The position numbers were made by a program, and so were the translations under genes. Shown here piece by piece: positions 58,901-64,000 of a DNA stretch of 64,000 nt. The notes under the pieces are model-generated. The model did no database searches. It was not told the DNA's origin and saw only the letters and a program-made list of their open reading frames with translations. Every line of letters starts with the position of its first letter. Position 1 is the stretch's first letter. The stretch comes from Amoebophrya sp. A120 (taxonomy: Eukaryota > Protista > Dinoflagellata), in NCBI GenBank assembly GCA_905178155.1, contig CAJINV010000010.1, forward strand, positions 2,240,778 through 2,304,777, given 5' to 3'.

Positions 58901-61900
58901 GACAACTTGTGTATCCTAAGTAAAAACGTACCCACACCAGAGTCAGGATGGGGATTTTGCAACACAAACCTAGGAGTTTTGTGAGTCACGCATGACATAA
59001 ACAGACTGTGCTACTGCGGGCGGGACATTGTGTATCAGGTGAATTGATCAACCCGAAGACGCCGCCCCCCCGGGCCCTATGGCCCAGGCACTCCCCACTA
59101 TACTCCTCACACAAAACGCCACCAATACAACTGTAGGACATAGCCAACCACCCCGGAGCACCAGCACCAGCAACGGGGGCGGAAACGGCCCCACCCACTT
59201 CGCATTCCTATCTGGCAGAGCACAGACCACCAGCACACTGTGAGAGCTGACAGCTGTTTTTCTTTGCCACATTCACTATAGCAATACCTTAGCAGGGGCG
59301 CACGCGCAACAACATGCGCCCAATGGAGAGCAGGCAGAGCAACTGTTACTGTCCGAAAACTGACCAGGCCACCAATAACTAAGGAGGAGAAGCTACAGGC
59401 TAGACCATACCCATAATGATCATGGACGACGTTTTCGACTTCACAAAGGGGCAGCTACAAGGGAATACATGGGAGGACGGTGGGGACACTTTTCTCGGGG
59501 GCCATGCAAGAGAGAGTCAGTCTGATAATTTATTGAGAACATGCAAGACCGGGGGCAGCGGGCTTCCCGAGGTGAAAATGTGACGTGGGCCCATGGTGGA
59601 ACCTCGCCCGGCTGGAGGCGTTTCGGTGGTCGTGCTGCTTGCGTTCGTCGGCTCCGGTACGCAAATGCTTCGAGCCGAGGAGTTTGCAGCTACACATCTT
59701 TCGTTGAGTGCCCCTACACATCTGTTGTTGAGTGCTACGGGAGTAAGCCGCCTCGTTGGGGTTACTGCTGAAAATTCCCCTAGCCCTGCCGCATTTGCTA
59801 GCGTCCTGCGCCGCGCCTGTGCCCGGAACGAGTGGACTCCGCCTGAACCTAGGCGCCGCCGCGCAGTGCAGGCCAACACTTGTCCTGGTCGCGCGCTGGC
59901 GGTCGGTGCCTCCGTGTTTGGCAGTGGTGCGGCCTGTCACGCTTTGGTGGTGTGGTGTGTGGGAGACTACGGCCCGCAGCCTATGGATTGTGCGCCCCGA
60001 CTCTCGCCTCCCCGGATTGCGGTTGTACGGCACGACTACTATTTACCGCTCCTCTGGACACCCGCAGGACGGTAAACGGCGACTCCGCGAACATGGAGAA
60101 GTTGCTGCCCATGCCCGTCAGGCTAAGCGAGGACCTTGCTGCTGCGCAGGATGGTGCGTGGACCACTGCTGCAGAATTTAGGCGCCGTGTCCGGGCGGGA
60201 AGGAGGTCATTTTTAGGAGGGGTACTCGGCAGCGCGGGGCGCTGGGTCTGAGATCTCGGCTACTGTAAAGGGGGGCCTGAGATCTAGTCACGCATGACAA
60301 GTTGCACTCTGCAGTGTAGTGCAGGTTAGCAAGTGCAGCCGCATCACAAATCCAGCTGCTCATCCTGTTCACAGCATCACAAATTCCAAAACACGATTGG
60401 AAATGGCTCTCATGGGGATGCACATTACAAGTCTTCCTGTCTTAGTCTTTGCAAATCTGCATTACAACTCTGGCGTGGGTACGTTTTTACTCAGGATATT
60501 GTGCTCCGTATCGTTTTCCTGCACGCCCTGCGTGTTATCAACTGCAAAAGTATCGTACTAGTAGAAATCGCATGACAAATTCCCTCAGCATGAAAAATGG
60601 AATTTGTAATGCGGATTTAGGTTAAGAAGGAGATTTGTAATGCATGACTGCGATTACTACGAGTACGATACTTTTGCACAGCATACGTGTAACCGTGCAG
60701 CAAATGGGTGACGATTTTGTTCAATGCCAGGTCCCTGGCATTTGTGTCCATCTTATCAAGTGCAAATATGTTTGGGTCTGGATGGGTGCAGCTTTGTCAT
60801 GCAGGTCATGCATGAGCCATGACGTCTGTGATGTATGCCCTAGCATCACAGGTCTTCTTGATGGCTATCCCGCATGACAAATTCCCTTATCCAATAGCAA
60901 GAATCGGACTCCTTATTTTGCTGGTCATGCAATACAGGTTTTTTTGGAATCCAAAGACAGCATCACAGGTTGAAGCAACCTTCCAGACCCAGATCGATAT
61001 TTCAAATTGATACATCTGCGCCAACATGAACTTGTAGATAGTGGCTCGTTTCTGTGGGCACTTGACCAGGGAAAATCGCGGCATCTTCGCCGCGGTTTCG
61101 CGGTAGAGCGAGAAGCCGGTGAAGGAAGAAATGGCGCAGATGGTTTCCGGTAAGTTGTTCTCGTACAAATTCTTGTTCCGTGCGTATGAGAGTGCACAAC
61201 TCCTCCTCCCTGTCCTTTGTCATGCAAAATGTCAATTCCAGTTGCTACCCTGTGGCACTATCTGCATCACAAATTTTGGGACTCTAAACAGTACTACACT
61301 CAGGGCATCATGATAAACTTGTCACACATAGCATCCACCTGTGTTGGTGTTTGTATTGCTGTCCATGCATATACAAATGAGCAAGACGAGGGGGAGTTGA
61401 TGTGCAGTGTCATAGTGCGAACAGAATCTTCACAAACACCGACTGAATGAAGTGCCGCACGTCCTCGTTGGGGTCCGCCAGGGCGTAGATCAAGCGGTAC
61501 AGCAAAGTCCCGCGGAGCTTCACGAAGTCTTCCGCGAGCAGGGAGGAAAGGATCATGCCGGCTTGTTTTCGGTTGATACTCTGCTTTATGCATAGCAAAT
61601 ATGTCTGGGTCTGGAAACTTGTGATGCAAATCTACGAATTGTGGGCGCGCCGCAATATGCAGCACAGCATGACAAGTTTTTGCGCTGGCTGCTGTGAGTT
61701 TCGTTTTTCGCATGACAAACTGCGTTTTTGCATGACAGGCAGGAGGCCCTTTTCCTGCTCACGCATCACAGATCTAAGAGTCACGCCAGACAAGCATGAC
61801 AAACATGAATTCTTGTTCCAGAGGACCCAGACATTTTTACAGTTGATATGCTTCGACCGGAGGCAATCGGACATCTTGTCGACATGTCTGAGGCGGTTGG

Positions 61901-64000
61901 AAAATGTATTTTGAATTAGATAAAACTACATCATCATGAGGAAATTGGAATTGCTGTACTTCATCTATCCAGACTTGTATTAGAAGGTTCCTACGTGCTA
62001 CGTGCAACGGAGTCAAATATTAGTTAGTATACCTGTCCACCAAGCTGGTATATGTCCGGGCCAGGTCTCCCAGCCCGATAATCAAGTTGTTCCGCACAGT
62101 CACGGATTCCTGCTCGTACATATGGATTGCAAAAATGTCTAGGTCCGGAAGATTCTAAACTTGTGATGCTGTCTCTGGATTTTAAAAAAAATTGTATTGC
62201 ATGTTGACCAGCAAGAGGACTCCAGTTTGTGCTACGCGGAAAGGGCATTTCTCATGCGGTAGAGGCATCGCAAAGTCCTGTAAAAATCTGTGATGCTAGG
62301 GCATGCATCACAGACATCTTCATGGATCATTCAAAATATGCATGACAAGTCTCAGAATCTTCCAGACCCAGACATTTTTGCATTTGATAAGACAGGTGGG
62401 CCACCAAAAAGTCGATGTTTTCCTTCGCCAGCTTCCCCTTTTTCAAACACAGCTTGATCAGCGTCACAAACGCCTGCGCCCGCACGACGGTCGGGAGCTG
62501 CAGTCTCTCCGTTCGTATGCAGTGCAAAAGTATCGGACTCGTATAAATGCATTACAAATTTCCTCAACATGAGAAATAAAATTTGTAATGCTGATATACC
62601 TCAACAAAAAGATTTGTAATGCATGACTGCAATACGAGTACGATACTTTTGCACAGGATAGTTCGTCGCGAATACTCGTTGAATTCGGACACGTGTCCGG
62701 ACGCGATCTTGCGCACGTCGAACACCGTCTGGTCGGAAATCGCGTCCGGTTTCAGCACGGCTAACTCCCCCAGCGTGAACAGGTGATTTTGCACGGCGAG
62801 CCGATCTCCGTTCCGCGAGAAGTCGCCACCGTGCGCCTCGAGCACCTCCTGCGTGGCGGGGGACACGTGCCCCTGACAGAGCCACTCTAAGCGATAGGAG
62901 ATGTGCGCGAGCAGGAACTGGAAGTGCTCGTTCCGCACTTTATCCGTTCTTTCCTTTGAGTCCAGAAAGTTCAAACACTGCATCATCTCCTTGATCAGCA
63001 TAGGCTCGGCGGAAAACTCGGTCAACCGCGCCGTGAAATCCTCGGATATCAAATGCAAAAATGTCTGGGTCTGGAAGGATACAGCTTGTCATGCTAAATC
63101 TGGATCATGCAAAAGTTTGTGTTGCATGATTACCAAAAGCTGTCCGTTTTTGACTAAGTTGGGAGTGAGTATCTCATGCAGGATAAGCATGATACAGATC
63201 TCACAGATTCTGTCATGCTAGATCCTGCATTCCAGACCTCATGTGTCATGTTGAACCTGCATGAGAAATCTTGTACTCTTCCAGACCTAGACATATTTGC
63301 ATTCCATATCGGAAAGCCGCACGCGGTCCTGCTCGGGAATGGTATTGATCGGGCGCTTATCAAATGTAAAAATGTCTGGGTCTGGATGATTGCGAGATTT
63401 GTCGTGCTGATCTGGCATGGCCCTTAAATCTGTATTGCGTGGCCACAAACAGCCTCTCTCGCCTGTCATGTAAAAACGCAGTTTCTTATGCGGAATACGC
63501 AGCACAGAAGCACAAAGCAACTTGTCATGCTTGGCGGCGCATTACAGTGCATTTGTTATTGACTGACTTGCATCACAAGTTTCCAGACCCAGCCATTTTT
63601 GCATTTCATAGCGTTTTTGTAAGAGCGCGAGGGTCTTGCCGGCGACGAGGTTCGCGGAGGGGTCGTCTTTCACCTTTATTGGATGTAGATTTATTGCACA
63701 AGGATCTATACCATTGTGCTGGTGGTAAGTCCTTTCAAATATTTCTCATGCACTTCTTGTTCCAATACAAGGTCGCGCATGTCTTTGTCTTAGATAACGA
63801 CGCATGAGAAAAAATCATTTCGAGTCTACTAGTCACTTCTACCTATAGTACCTTGTCGAACAACTCAATGAGCAGACTGGGTGACAATTTCGCATCCTGT
63901 GCAAAAGTATCGCACTCGTACCATTAATTGCATTTATGCATTACAAATCTCGTTCCTAAGGCAAATGCGCATTACAAATTCAAGTTGTAATGCTGAGCCA
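55905..64000 (-). CDS. NCAPD3: Condensin II HEAT-repeat subunit CAP-D3, 3' part; 16 complete introners in window; final exons below about 56410 unresolved
   Basis: Joined exons give LPTVVRAQAFVTLIKLCL, VRNNLIIGLGDLARTYTSLVDRH, LLAEDFVKLRGTLLYRL, RATIYKFML and ILPVLLDLK..LLQDYRGQI, colinear with CAP-D3 motifs as I recall them. Confidence 0.85.
56466..56612. mobile_element. Introner, family H
   Basis: Repeat TCTGG/TGTGG; frame restored. Confidence 0.8.
56732..56881. mobile_element. Introner, family H
   Basis: Direct repeat CCGCT; frame restored. Confidence 0.9.
57061..57314. mobile_element. Introner, family A
   Basis: Direct repeat TCGCC; close copy of 63358-63610. Confidence 0.9.
57392..57680. 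mobile_element. Introner, family C
   Basis: Direct repeat CGAAT; frame restored. Confidence 0.88.
57845..57994. mobile_element. Introner, family H
   Basis: Direct repeat GTTGC; frame restored. Confidence 0.9.
58049..58308. mobile_element. Introner, family A
   Basis: Repeat CTCGG/CTCGA; restores ILE|NDL. Confidence 0.88.
58706..58880. mobile_element. Introner, family B (short)
   Basis: Direct repeat ACGGG; left end TGT; frame restored. Confidence 0.82.
58912..60498. mobile_element. Introner, family C, expanded by a nested 1.29-kb insertion
   Basis: Family C TIRs at both ends; direct repeat TTGTG; restores DTEH|KLSE. Confidence 0.9.
58998..60285. mobile_element. Nested insertion with 14-bp TSD, possibly a non-LTR retroelement remnant
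   Basis: AGTCACGCATGACA at 58984-58997 and 60286-60299; this motif is single-copy in the uninterrupted family C element 21177-21455. Confidence 0.8.
60536..60685. mobile_element. Introner, family H
   Basis: Direct repeat CGTGT; frame restored. Confidence 0.9.
60754..61012. mobile_element. Introner, family A
   Basis: Direct repeat CATCT; frame restored. Confidence 0.88.
61185..61414. mobile_element. Introner, family I
   Basis: TATGAGAGTGCACA...TGTGCAGTGTCATA; direct repeat GTGCG; restores ILFA|RNKNL. Confidence 0.85.
61587..61848. mobile_element. Introner, family A
   Basis: Direct repeat TGCTT; frame restored. Confidence 0.9.
61888..62032 (-). other. Canonical GT-AG intron in CAP-D3
   Basis: GACAG|GTATAC...CCTCAG|ACATG; gives YTSLVDR-HVDKM. 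Confidence 0.85.
62121..62389. mobile_element. Introner, family A
   Basis: Repeat GTACA/AGACA (2 mismatches); frame restored. Confidence 0.85.
62516..62660. mobile_element. Introner, family H
   Basis: Direct repeat GTTCG; frame restored. Confidence 0.9.
63047..63308. mobile_element. Introner, family A
   Basis: Direct repeat TCGGA; frame restored. Confidence 0.9.
63358..63610. mobile_element. Introner, family A
   Basis: Repeat GCGCT/GCGTT. Confidence 0.88.
63893..64000. mobile_element. Introner, family H, truncated by the window edge
   Basis: CATCCTGTGCAAAAGTATCGCACTCGTA left end. Confidence 0.75.

Noticed and set aside
59400-59520. Intact reverse transcriptase in the nested insertion
   Set aside because: Only IMDD and FLG with short spacing and nearby stops; kept as a hint, not annotated as a CDS.
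20-63807. Many short ORFs sharing peptides such as YQMQKCLGLE, IKCKNVWVWK, SNAKMSGSG and FQTQTFLHLI, suggesting a repeated protein family
   Set aside because: They are translations of family A TIRs in different frames, not proteins.
1-64000. Autonomous transposase, rRNA/tRNA genes or dinoflagellate spliced-leader relics
   Set aside because: No DDE or Rep/helicase ORF, cloverleaf, rRNA-like block or CCGTAGCCATTTTGGCTCAAG match was seen by eye; a formal scan was not possible.

Overview
Eukaryotic genomic DNA, inferred to be from the parasitic syndinean dinoflagellate Amoebophrya or a close relative. All about 10 genes lie on the minus strand. Most are broken up by about 52 short (145-330 bp) non-canonical, introner-like elements from at least 9 TIR families. 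These run TAT...ATA, are flanked by 5-bp direct repeats and lack GT-AG. At nearly every junction I checked by hand, removing the element plus one repeat copy restores the reading frame. Recognisable genes are spliceosomal cyclophilin CWC27 and condensin II subunit CAP-D3 (3' part). There are also two paralogous alveolate-type multi-pass membrane proteins and two paralogous stalked type II membrane proteins with SidE/DupA-PDE-like motifs. Other notable structures are a gene split by two captured gene fragments between repeated copies of one target site, and secondary elements nested inside introners. Family letters A-I are my own labels. All coordinates were read by eye and no database searches were run.
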